IMG/VR virus record: IMGVR_UViG_3300045988_160259 | Location: 32,001 to 96,000 of that record | DNA: 64,000 nucleotides | From: a virus | Direction: 5' to 3' (one strand) | Part shown: piece by piece, positions 8,825-17,165 of the stretch | Layout of the letters: each line of letters starts with the position of its first letter | Numbering within the stretch: the stretch's first letter is position 1 | Program-made: the position numbers and the translations under genes | Notes under the pieces: generated by a model | The model's input: the letters and a program-made list of their open reading frames with translations, nothing else | The model's database searches: none | What the model was told of the DNA's origin: nothing

Positions 8825-8852
8825 AAGTACAGACGTATCTGTACTTATTTTT
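8825..8852 (+). terminator. plus-strand rho-independent terminator convergent with metallophosphoesterase gene
   Basis: AAGTACAG/CTGTACTT hairpin followed by ATTTTT on plus strand only. Confidence 0.55.
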
Positions 8853-9930
8853 AGTTTAATTCAACAGGATAAAAAGCCTGTACCCCTTTATCTGTACAAA
8901 TACATACCATCTGAGATGGTTTTCCTGTTAATCTTTTTTCCACAGTGTGCTGATCTCCACATCCAGCTAAAGATCCACCTCGAATCATTTTTACTCCATT
9001 CACTTCATCAAGAGCACACGTATGTAAATGTCCATATAACACAGCGTATGGAATGTATCCAATCGCCAGACACAAATTTTGTACACCAGATTTCCCAAAT
9101 GGATCAAAATCACCATGCACACCAACATATGTTTTTCCACGGATAGATATATCAACAATTCCCGAATCGAGATTTCTTGTCAAAATATGAAAATTATTGA
9201 TATGCTGTAAAGATAAATCAACTGCCCAACTAATCAAATCATCTAACCGTTCGTCATGAATTGCATCTTCTTTTCTATCAATTCTTGTATGGTTTCCAGA
9301 CACGTTTGTCATGAATACGACTTTAAAATATTTGGTCAACTCATAACAAAATGAAGAGATGAGTTCCGTTGCAATTTTAATCTGTTCAATTACATTTTCA
9401 CGATTAGTTACTTGGATTGTTTTATGAATATTTCCTGATATGAGATCTCCTTGTAGAGATACATAACACCTTTCAGAATTATGTAGTTTTTGGATAGAAA
9501 TGATGTTATCTAATAATTGTTGCATTCTGTCTTTAGCAATATCAGTATTATATTCTCCAAAGAATGAATGAAATGTCTGACCGATATGTAAATCACTTAA
9601 AATTACAAGCATATCATTATCAGATGATATAGAAACGTCATTATGTTTAGAAAAATTTACTTTTCCAAGATCGCTCAATTGTTTTTCTAATAGATCTAAT
9701 TTTTGCTCAATTCTAGCATCAATATAATTTTGCTTTTGCCAAGCGTTTCTTTCATCTCTAAATTGAATTTTTAATCGCTCTAATTCTCTTTGTGCAAACC
9801 GAATATCTTGCAACTGTTTATCAGAATCAACAAACATATCACGATTTGCATTCAGCATTCGATCAAATGTCGCTTTATCCTTCCGAAATTTTGATTCTCC
9901 ATAATGAGTTCCAAGTAACTCATTAAGCAC
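8851..9930 (-). CDS. calcineurin-like metallophosphoesterase (SbcD/Mre11-like fold)
   Basis: ORF track; VILSDLHIGQ, GDLISGNIH, GNHTR, GHLH motifs; reading frame stays open and protein-like for 36 more codons upstream without a canonical start. Confidence 0.8.
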   Translation of the reverse strand: MLNELLGTHYGESKFRKDKATFDRMLNANRDMFVDSDKQLQDIRFAQRELERLKIQFRDERNAWQKQNYIDARIEQKLDLLEKQLSDLGKVNFSKHNDVSISSDNDMLVILSDLHIGQTFHSFFGEYNTDIAKDRMQQLLDNIISIQKLHNSERCYVSLQGDLISGNIHKTIQVTNRENVIEQIKIATELISSFCYELTKYFKVVFMTNVSGNHTRIDRKEDAIHDERLDDLISWAVDLSLQHINNFHILTRNLDSGIVDISIRGKTYVGVHGDFDPFGKSGVQNLCLAIGYIPYAVLYGHLHTCALDEVNGVKMIRGGSLAGCGDQHTVEKRLTGKPSQMVCICTDKGVQAFYPVELN

Positions 9931-10049
9931 GTCAGCTACATCGTTCCAGGAACCGATTAAATCTTTATCATTGGTAACTCTATAGATGAGTTGATCATCT
10001 GTTTCGCCAGGTAATCTTTTATAGGAAGTAATAGTAGGTCACTCCCTTC

Positions 10050-10253
10050 TTACTCAACATCAACTGGCTCATCCAGCTCCTCTTCGTCCTTGACCTTAAT
10101 ATTGATTTCTACTGGCATGTTTGCGAAGTCACGTAGAAGAGTAGAAAGTTGCTTATCTTCTCCATCAACATTAATTACCATTGTCTGTGGATTTAAAATA
10201 CCAGTAACTTTCATTGAAGTTGTCGATGTTTTCTTATAAGTAAATGCTGCCAT
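10050..10253 (-). CDS. hypothetical protein
   Basis: ORF track frame, start moved to ATG 10253 behind AAGGAGA. Confidence 0.6.
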   Translation of the reverse strand: MAAFTYKKTSTTSMKVTGILNPQTMVINVDGEDKQLSTLLRDFANMPVEINIKVKDEEELDEPVDVE

Positions 10254-10318
10254 ATCGTATAATTCTCCTTTTAATCCTAAAAATTTGTATAAAAAATAGA
10301 AGAGTAGCAAACTCTTCC

Positions 10319-10996
10319 TTAAATAATTTCATCTAAACTTGTGATAATTTTATCAGCAACACCATATTTAATAGCTTCTTTCGCAGATAAATACCAGTCA
10401 TTTTCAAAGTTTTCATTAAATACATCTTCTGGAATCTTTGTTCTAGATAAAACAAAGTCACCAAGTTCTTCGATTTGTCGTTGATAATTTAAAATTGCTG
10501 CAACTACATCATTGTATGTCCCAGCAAATTGACCAGCTCCCTTATGGATGAGGAATTCTGCCGTTGGAAATGTAAAACGCTCATGACATGCTAAATAAAT
10601 AAAGCATCCACTTGATGCAGCAATACCAACATTAATTCCAATAACTTTTGTTTGGCTTAGTTGAATTGTATCAACCAAACAGTTATTTACTTCTAAATCG
10701 CCACCAGGACTAAAGAAGATTACTTTAATTGGTTTACGTTCTTCTACTGGAATATTATTTTTCTTATCTTCCGAATTCCACTGCATAATCATCTTTGCAT
10801 ATTCCAAAGTCATGGTTGTAATTTCATCATCAATCCAAATAATTCTATCATCGTAATTTTTATAAAATTGTAATAGCGTAGGATCTGGCAACTGTAAATT
10901 TTCTACATTACTTGGAATTGCAATATCTAAATATGTTGCTTCTAATTTTTTCTTGAGTTCCTTTTTCTCCATTGGCAATATGCCTCGTGCTTTCAT
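10319..10996 (-). CDS. clpP: ClpP-family (S14) serine protease
   Basis: ORF track; FSPGGDL, GIAASSGCF (Ser), LIHKGAG (His), SAKEAIKYGVADKI align with ClpP landmarks. Confidence 0.85.
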   Translation of the reverse strand: MKARGILPMEKKELKKKLEATYLDIAIPSNVENLQLPDPTLLQFYKNYDDRIIWIDDEITTMTLEYAKMIMQWNSEDKKNNIPVEERKPIKVIFFSPGGDLEVNNCLVDTIQLSQTKVIGINVGIAASSGCFIYLACHERFTFPTAEFLIHKGAGQFAGTYNDVVAAILNYQRQIEELGDFVLSRTKIPEDVFNENFENDWYLSAKEAIKYGVADKIITSLDEII

Positions 10997-11014
10997 AATA
11001 TTTCCATAAAAGGA

Positions 11015-12253
11015 TTAATCTAATAAATCTGCCATAGCTGCAGTTTCACTTCGTTCTGTTTTCTGAAGCTGTACATAACCAAATTTTGTATGTCCTGCAA
11101 GTTTTTGTACAGTGGATAGTAAACCATTATTCATTCTAAAAAGAGTAGAATCTGTTTGTTTAAAATCTCCGTTCATCCAAAGAGCAGATCCTTCACCAAC
11201 TCGTCCAATAAGAAGCTGGACATGTTCTTTTGTTAGATTTTCTGCTTCACTAACGTAGATAATCGCATTTTTAATATCTCGTCCTCGAATATAACCGAGA
11301 TGTTCAACTTCAATATTTCCTGCCATAATCTGCATTTCCAGACCATTTTCTCCACCAAGGTGATCTGCTAACGGCATTGCAAAGGGCAAAATCTTCTCAA
11401 ATTTAGTACCAGGTAAGAAACCAACCTCATTTGCATCTTTTACGCCAATTGCATTTCTGACATAAATTAATTTCTCAAATTTTCCTTCTTCGATTAATTT
11501 GATAGCATTTGCAATCATGAGATAGTCTTTTCCACTACCAAATCTACCTGAGATAACTTTGATTGTCTCTTCTTTGTCCTGTAGCATATCAAATGCTAAA
11601 ACCTGTTGTGGGTTTCTTGGTTTGATTTTGCCCATAAAATGACTATTGATTTGTTTATAAGAAATAGGATGATATTCTTGTCCATTCCATTTTCTGTAAT
11701 CAACAACCTCACCATCATTCTTTCGAATTATCAGATATTCATTCAGAAGTGAATCATATTGATTTTCATTTAAATGTAAATAAAAATAACTCATTTCCTC
11801 ATCAGAAAGAGTTACATCTTTGTATCCTGTGTATTCATCAATATTTTTAACAAGATTTATTTCATTTACACCTTTAGTTGGTAGTTTAAAAATATTTTTT
11901 GAAATAAATTTACAATTGAGATCGTCTGTACAAACAATGACAGGAGATACATTTCGATTATATAAAACTGCTGATGCAAGAATAATGTTATCAGGTGTTT
12001 CCTCTAAGTAATATCCTGCAAGAATTTTTTTTACATCTGTGTTAGTTGCGACAACCTCATATTCTCCATAATGCTCATCCAGCATATGAGCCGTTTGTCT
12101 GGCTTTGTATTTAACTTCATTATCTTTATGACCTGAAGTCTTAATACTTTCAATCTCTTCAAGCGTCTTCTGTGAGATAATAAAGGGTTCTTTAAAAGCT
12201 TCCCTTTGCAAATTCAGAAGAGCATTGGTATCTAGGAATAATTTAAATTCCAA
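11015..12253 (-). CDS. phoH: PIN-domain / PhoH-like ATPase
   Basis: ORF track; N-terminal FLDTNALLNL PIN-like, central GRFGSGKDYL Walker A, C-terminal PhoH-like region. Confidence 0.85.
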   Translation of the reverse strand: MEFKLFLDTNALLNLQREAFKEPFIISQKTLEEIESIKTSGHKDNEVKYKARQTAHMLDEHYGEYEVVATNTDVKKILAGYYLEETPDNIILASAVLYNRNVSPVIVCTDDLNCKFISKNIFKLPTKGVNEINLVKNIDEYTGYKDVTLSDEEMSYFYLHLNENQYDSLLNEYLIIRKNDGEVVDYRKWNGQEYHPISYKQINSHFMGKIKPRNPQQVLAFDMLQDKEETIKVISGRFGSGKDYLMIANAIKLIEEGKFEKLIYVRNAIGVKDANEVGFLPGTKFEKILPFAMPLADHLGGENGLEMQIMAGNIEVEHLGYIRGRDIKNAIIYVSEAENLTKEHVQLLIGRVGEGSALWMNGDFKQTDSTLFRMNNGLLSTVQKLAGHTKFGYVQLQKTERSETAAMADLLD

Positions 12254-12286
12254 TAATTGATACCACCTTTCTCATTAAATTTCGCA

Positions 12287-12499
12287 TTAGCGATGATATA
12301 ATTTTTTTCTATAATTTTCGAGAAGTCTCATATTATGAGGAGTCTCACACAAATAGAATTTTTTACGTTTATGACATGATTCCGAATGGGATACGCCACC
12401 TTCCGCATAAGGAACTCCATGCTTTACTAAATATTCTTTCTCTTGTTTAGTAATGAGTACTATATTAATGCACACCTTTCGTTTTAAATTTCTTTGCAT
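12287..12499 (-). CDS. hypothetical small basic protein
   Basis: ORF-track ORF 12287..12577 trimmed to ATG 12499 because its N-terminus translates the tRNA-Ile gene. Confidence 0.5.
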   Translation of the reverse strand: MQRNLKRKVCINIVLITKQEKEYLVKHGVPYAEGGVSHSESCHKRKKFYLCETPHNMRLLENYRKKLYHR

Positions 12500-12518
12500 T
12501 TGCCACAAAGATAAATAG

Positions 12519-12592
12519 TTGGGGTGGTAGGACTCGAACCCACGACCGTTCGGATATAAGCCGAATGCTCTCGCCAACTGAGCTACACCGCA
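12519..12592 (-). tRNA. tRNA-Ile(UAU): tRNA-Ile (anticodon UAU)
   Basis: D arm GCTC/GAGC, anticodon arm TTCGG-CTTATAT-CCGAA, T arm GTGGG-TTCGAGT-CCTAC; acceptor TGCGGTG/CACCCCA has one C-C mismatch. Confidence 0.75.
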
Positions 12593-13463
12593 ATAATGCT
12601 ACATAAGTAGCAAAATAAGTACGCTGAGATTAAACGTATCTTCGGAAACCTTTACCGACATTATTTTTTCTTCGGTTATCCACTATATGTTGCTTACGCA
12701 CACACATAGTATCTTCCACAACCGCCTTTTGAGAAGAGGCTTATCTTCTTTACTGTATGACTACTCAAGTTTCATCATTCCATTAACACTGCCGTGCTAT
12801 AAATCTCCGCTAAGAGAACTGTGCAGAATCCGCTTAACACATCCAGATATTGCGTATCTTTCAGTGTGTGTATTACCTCCGAAGAGATTACACATTTTGG
12901 CTGCTTACACCATACAGAGGTACAGACTTTCGCTTTATAATTTGTTTGCCTTTTGCATCAAACCAATTTTTATGTTCTTCCTGAATATACTAATTAATAG
13001 AAACGAAATTGAATACAGAAGACGCGCTGCACCAGATGTTTCGTTATCTTTTGGATAACAAAATCCATCACGCCTTCGTAGCTTTCGGTTATAATCCCTA
13101 CTCACATCCTGCATAAGCTAATTTGGCATCTCTACCAATTCACTTACCCAAATGGACATCGCACTTGTCTAATAAGGACTCGCACTATATATCCTTCTAA
13201 TTCCCCATCATATCTTCATAGGTTCGCGTGAGCTATTCTGTTGCGCAGAAAAATGATTCTCAGCGGTTGCCCCTGAATCACCTTGTTGCTCCCTATTTCC
13301 TGACACTATTTCCACACAGGACTTACTCGTTTTACCGGTATGAAACGGCACTTTTTGAGTGCCTGGGATGTTAGTTTTGCATAGATTGACCAATTTTCAT
13401 GGCGACGAGTTGTAAATTCGCCTTTAATACGCTCACACGCATCTATCTGTGCTATGCCACGAG
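12593..13463 (-). ncRNA. candidate large structured non-coding RNA embedded in tRNA cluster (GOLLD/ROOL-class context)
   Basis: About 870 nt without credible ORF, visibly higher GC than flanks, many hairpins including GNRA-capped (12682-12710) and C(UUCG)G (12877-12886) when read on minus strand; flanked by tRNA-Ile and a CAU tRNA-like element. Confidence 0.45.
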
Positions 13464-13536
13464 TTGCGGGACTACGAGTCGAACGTAGCTTTAGAGAATA
13501 TGAATCTCTCGTGGAACCGATCCAGCATATCCCGCG
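13464..13536 (-). tRNA. tRNA-like element, anticodon CAU, initiator-type C1-A72 end, degenerate D arm
   Basis: CGCGGGA ... TCCCGCA-A acceptor, anticodon arm AGAGA-TTCATAT-TCTCT, T arm CTACG-TTCGACT-CGTAG; the D stem forms only 2-3 pairs. Confidence 0.55.
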
Positions 13537-13624
13537 ATAATACTGGCAAACTATTATATCTGCCAGTAAAAAATAAAACATAAAAGAAAGAGGAGATAAT
13601 TATGAAATTAACATAAAGAATTAA

Positions 13625-13657
13625 CCTTTTTAAAAGGGCGGCAGAGAGTAACCGCCC
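13625..13657 (-). terminator. rho-independent terminator
   Basis: GGGCGG/CCGCCC hairpin followed on minus strand by TTTTAAAAAGG. Confidence 0.65.
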
Positions 13658-13663
13658 ATGTAA

Positions 13664-13960
13664 CTAATTAAAATAATTATTTAATTTTCTGTTATAATAT
13701 CTAGTGATTTTTGGTTTTGCCCAAATTTTCGGTTCACATTTGATATTTTCGTAAGTATGGATTTCATGTTCTGGAATATATTCACATTCCAAACTCAACC
13801 CATCTAAAAGTTTTACCACTGTATTTTCAGTGGGAGTAGTAGAAGATAAGTAGGCAAATACACATTTCTCCATTCGCTTAACAACTTTACGAACGATTGC
13901 TACATTAATATCTTCTTTGCTAGCGATTTCTTTGATAATATTTTCTTGTGTAATTGTCAA
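13664..13960 (-). CDS. hypothetical protein, possibly a divergent HU/IHF-fold DNA-binding protein
   Basis: ORF track (TTG start behind GGGAGGA); helix pattern ENIIKEIASKEDINVAIVRKVVKRMEKCVFAYL and a beta-arm-like C-terminus resemble HU topology. Confidence 0.5.
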   Translation of the reverse strand: MTITQENIIKEIASKEDINVAIVRKVVKRMEKCVFAYLSSTTPTENTVVKLLDGLSLECEYIPEHEIHTYENIKCEPKIWAKPKITRYYNRKLNNYFN

Positions 13961-14077
13961 AATATTATTCCTCCCAGCTGTACGAATTCGATTAGAGAAT
14001 TGTATTAAGATATTTCATCAGGCAATAGCCTATTTATTTATTCTCCATATAGGCACAAAAGAAAACCCATGTGATGT

Positions 14078-14111
14078 GGACTATTTTATTTTTGACTGTT
14101 TAAAATAGTCC
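14078..14111 (-). terminator. 11-bp perfect hairpin downstream of RNA-polymerase-like gene
   Basis: GGACTATTTTA / TAAAATAGTCC; T-rich tract only after a short gap on minus strand. Confidence 0.5.
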
Positions 14112-14152
14112 ACATATAATGGTCGAAAAAAATGCCTTAAGATATGCGGAAT

Positions 14153-16918
14153 TTATCTTTTACGCTTTCTTTCACGGTCTAATTTCTTACGATATTCACG
14201 TTGACAATCATCACATCTTACTGATTTTGACTTAGAATCAACCTCAATCCATTCTCCACAATCCATGCATTGAATAAACTTTGTCGATTTAATTTTGATA
14301 TTATTATTCAAATTATTTACTACATATTGTCCATAACAAAACCAGAAGAGTTGTTTTCCTCTCTTTTCGTTTCCATATAAATATTGAATCAACATATCAG
14401 CAATAACATCTTCTGAATATCCAAAATCTAAAAATTGATTTCGAATAGAACAAGCAACATAATGAAGATTATCAATATATTCATCTTTCATATTTACCAT
14501 ATAACGGTATTCTTTATTGAGCTTATCATATAAATTAGAAACTTCTTTTGAACATACAATATTTACATTGTGCATCATTTTTTGATAATCTAACTTCCCT
14601 AATTTCATTCCTCTTGTGTTTATAGATTTATTAGGGATTTTGTCATATAATTTATTAACAAAACTTTGATTGCGCATACTAACTTGATCAGCTTCTTTAT
14701 CTTTTGCATATTCAAAGAATGCAGGTAACTTCGCGTTCGTAAATTCCTTGATTTCATCATTAATACGATCGGGAAAAGCAGGTTTGTACAAAGTTTTGGC
14801 GTAATCGATCACAAAATTATTCTGACAACATAAGCGTTTTACACAATCAATAGCATGTTGCTTTTCTTCTTCTGACCCATTAATAAATACATCGTTATTC
14901 CAGATCTTTGAAATATTATTACTATAAATTCCAATATTGCCACCGGTAAATGCAGCATTAAGCCCATCATAAATGTTTTGGTTATTCAAAAGTTTTGGCT
15001 CTGCTTTGCGCATATTATAATAAAGAGGAACAATTCCTTCCATATTTTTCTCTGCGATATTCACAAAATTTAGATCTGCAACAACTAAAGATTTATCTCC
15101 ATCCACATCGAACTGTAAAATTTTACTGATCAAATCACGAGTACTGGTATAAACTCCGTTTGTTGTAAACCATTGTCTGATTCTTCGAGATCGTTCCCCA
15201 TATTTCTCATGCGCAACGTTCAAACGAATAGCATGTTCTTTGTAAAGATGTGGGCTGCGGAGACAATCAAGCTTCTCATTTTTGTTAAAAAGCCAACAGA
15301 ATACTTCTTTGTCATTTAGCAACCCTTCTGGGGTATCTATATGTTTAAACCAATATTCACAAGCCGCATAAAAATCCGGTAAAAGGAATGTATATTTCCC
15401 ATGGACTTCAAGTTTCCCGCTGCGATATTTCTTCACAAGACTATTTTTTACTTCACGAATTACATCTTTAGCATAGGTATCATTCAATAATGCAGGATAA
15501 AGTTTTACAGCTTTTTGAAATGGTGTCATATTTGTATTATATGGGGTGATACCTAAAATCTCTTTGACTGTTTTTTCTGAATTGCAAATATTGGTAATTT
15601 TATCAACTGACCTTTTCGTAAGTAAATCAATCTCTTCATCTGTAATATCAGTTAATGTCTGCAACATTTGATAGTTAATTTTTGCATCTTTAATTCTATC
15701 TTCTTCAATATTACACCGACCAGCCTGACAATTATATTTTTTAAAATTATCCTTATACTCATCCCAAGAATCATAAAACTTATACATCTTGAATTGACTT
15801 TTGGTAAAGATAATCCGAATATCATCATCAAAAATATTATACTCTTTGCCGTATATATCTTTGATAGTAGGAGATCCATCATTTACTTCAATAAACTTTC
15901 TGAAATCAAAAACTCCTAATAATCCTTTTACCCATGGCGCACGAAACATAGTATTTTTAGTCATAACTGATGGAAGCATCATACCAGCTCCATCAGTATG
16001 AGGAATCGGTACATCACCAGTTTTTCTTGTAATTGAATAATCCGACTCATCAATAAAATCAAAAGTCCCTGGTACATTCGTTTCAAAATCATCAATTACT
16101 ATACAACGGTCAATATCAAAATCAGTCCACTGGTCAGTTGCAGAATTTGCTAATGCCATATAAGCTAAATGTTTATTTACATTATTACCACCCTTTGAAT
16201 TGATCTTTTCTATTGTAAGGCCACACATAATAGTTTTTTCAACCTTATCCCAAACAGATTCTTTAATAAATACTGCTTTTTTCTTCCTGATTTGCCCAGC
16301 AGAAGAAGTAAAATATCTATATTTTTCACCTTTATATGTAAAACCATAAAAAGAAATATCTTTAAATACATCAAAATAGTAAATTTGAACCACAATTAAA
16401 GCATCCGTCAGTTCATCTTTTTTTATACCGATAGAGCGAGTAAGAGATGATTCAAATACAGAGATAATATTTTGATCTGTTAATTCTTCTTCTCTTAAAC
16501 GTCTTAGCGGGATTTGATTATATGGAATATTTTGTGAAATACAATAACCAATTTTATTAGACAACTTCTCTTTATTAAGAACTTTATTTTTTAGAAGTGT
16601 TAAAAGTTTTTCTTTTGATGCTTTTGCTTTCTTTCGTTTATGTTCTATAATCAAATTTAATCTGACATAATTTTTAACCATATCATTAGTTAGAAGACGA
16701 TAATCTTTTTCTGTATACGCTTTGAATTCTTTAATCTCTTCTAATGTATAACCATTTAAAAGTAGTTCATTTTCTGAATTGGAAAGCATATTATTCACAT
16801 AATTTCGTTCGCTTCTGTATTTACAATTCATTTCATGCAAATATTTTTCATGATTACTGTAAAAATGTCCCGTATCCACAGAATACATATTAATTTGTGT
16901 ATCTAAAATAACTATCAT
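14153..16918 (-). CDS. single-subunit two-barrel RNA polymerase candidate (YonO / cellular RdRP-like)
   Basis: ORF track, 921 aa; CLRSPHLY (like beta-prime RAPTLH) then QFDVDGDK (DxDGD metal site, nt 15095-15109); upstream SSAGQIR, HTDGAGMM, FRAPWVKG, TKSQFKMY resemble RdRP/YonO blocks; C-terminal CxxC...CxxC. Confidence 0.65.
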   Translation of the reverse strand: MIVILDTQINMYSVDTGHFYSNHEKYLHEMNCKYRSERNYVNNMLSNSENELLLNGYTLEEIKEFKAYTEKDYRLLTNDMVKNYVRLNLIIEHKRKKAKASKEKLLTLLKNKVLNKEKLSNKIGYCISQNIPYNQIPLRRLREEELTDQNIISVFESSLTRSIGIKKDELTDALIVVQIYYFDVFKDISFYGFTYKGEKYRYFTSSAGQIRKKKAVFIKESVWDKVEKTIMCGLTIEKINSKGGNNVNKHLAYMALANSATDQWTDFDIDRCIVIDDFETNVPGTFDFIDESDYSITRKTGDVPIPHTDGAGMMLPSVMTKNTMFRAPWVKGLLGVFDFRKFIEVNDGSPTIKDIYGKEYNIFDDDIRIIFTKSQFKMYKFYDSWDEYKDNFKKYNCQAGRCNIEEDRIKDAKINYQMLQTLTDITDEEIDLLTKRSVDKITNICNSEKTVKEILGITPYNTNMTPFQKAVKLYPALLNDTYAKDVIREVKNSLVKKYRSGKLEVHGKYTFLLPDFYAACEYWFKHIDTPEGLLNDKEVFCWLFNKNEKLDCLRSPHLYKEHAIRLNVAHEKYGERSRRIRQWFTTNGVYTSTRDLISKILQFDVDGDKSLVVADLNFVNIAEKNMEGIVPLYYNMRKAEPKLLNNQNIYDGLNAAFTGGNIGIYSNNISKIWNNDVFINGSEEEKQHAIDCVKRLCCQNNFVIDYAKTLYKPAFPDRINDEIKEFTNAKLPAFFEYAKDKEADQVSMRNQSFVNKLYDKIPNKSINTRGMKLGKLDYQKMMHNVNIVCSKEVSNLYDKLNKEYRYMVNMKDEYIDNLHYVACSIRNQFLDFGYSEDVIADMLIQYLYGNEKRGKQLFWFCYGQYVVNNLNNNIKIKSTKFIQCMDCGEWIEVDSKSKSVRCDDCQREYRKKLDRERKRKR

Positions 16919-16926
16919 TCCTTTCT

Positions 16927-17165
16927 TTAATTAACTAGAATATTTCCAAATATATCCAAACGCTGTTTTTGATTCCCTTTGCAACAACTTAATATGGATG
17001 AAGTTTGTTCTAAACTTATATCTAAAGTATTTGAAATTTCTTTTGTAGAAGACCATGTCTTTATAAAATTTTCATCTAGATCATACTGCTCTATCTTTTT
17101 ACCTTTTAAGATTGAATTTTTTCCACAACAAATATATATTGGACTTTCTATTACATTATCTTCAT
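16927..17165 (-). pseudogene. out-of-frame NUMOD1/IENR1-like DNA-binding module continuing the LAGLIDADG gene
   Basis: Frame -1 relative to the 17166..18125 ORF reads ...GKKIEQYDLDENFIKTWSSTKEISNTLDISLEQTSSILSCCKGNQKQ; no start codon of its own. Confidence 0.5.

Noticed and set aside
12687-13581. ORFs 12687..13058 (+), 13208..13393 (-) and 13306..13581 (-)
   Set aside because: They overlap one another on both strands, lack SD sequences and have implausible composition. One of them runs through the CAU tRNA-like element. The interval is better explained as structured RNA.
15652-16395. Short ORFs nested in either strand of the RNAP-like gene
   Set aside because: They are fully contained in a 921-codon ORF with recognisable motifs, and they have low-complexity composition.
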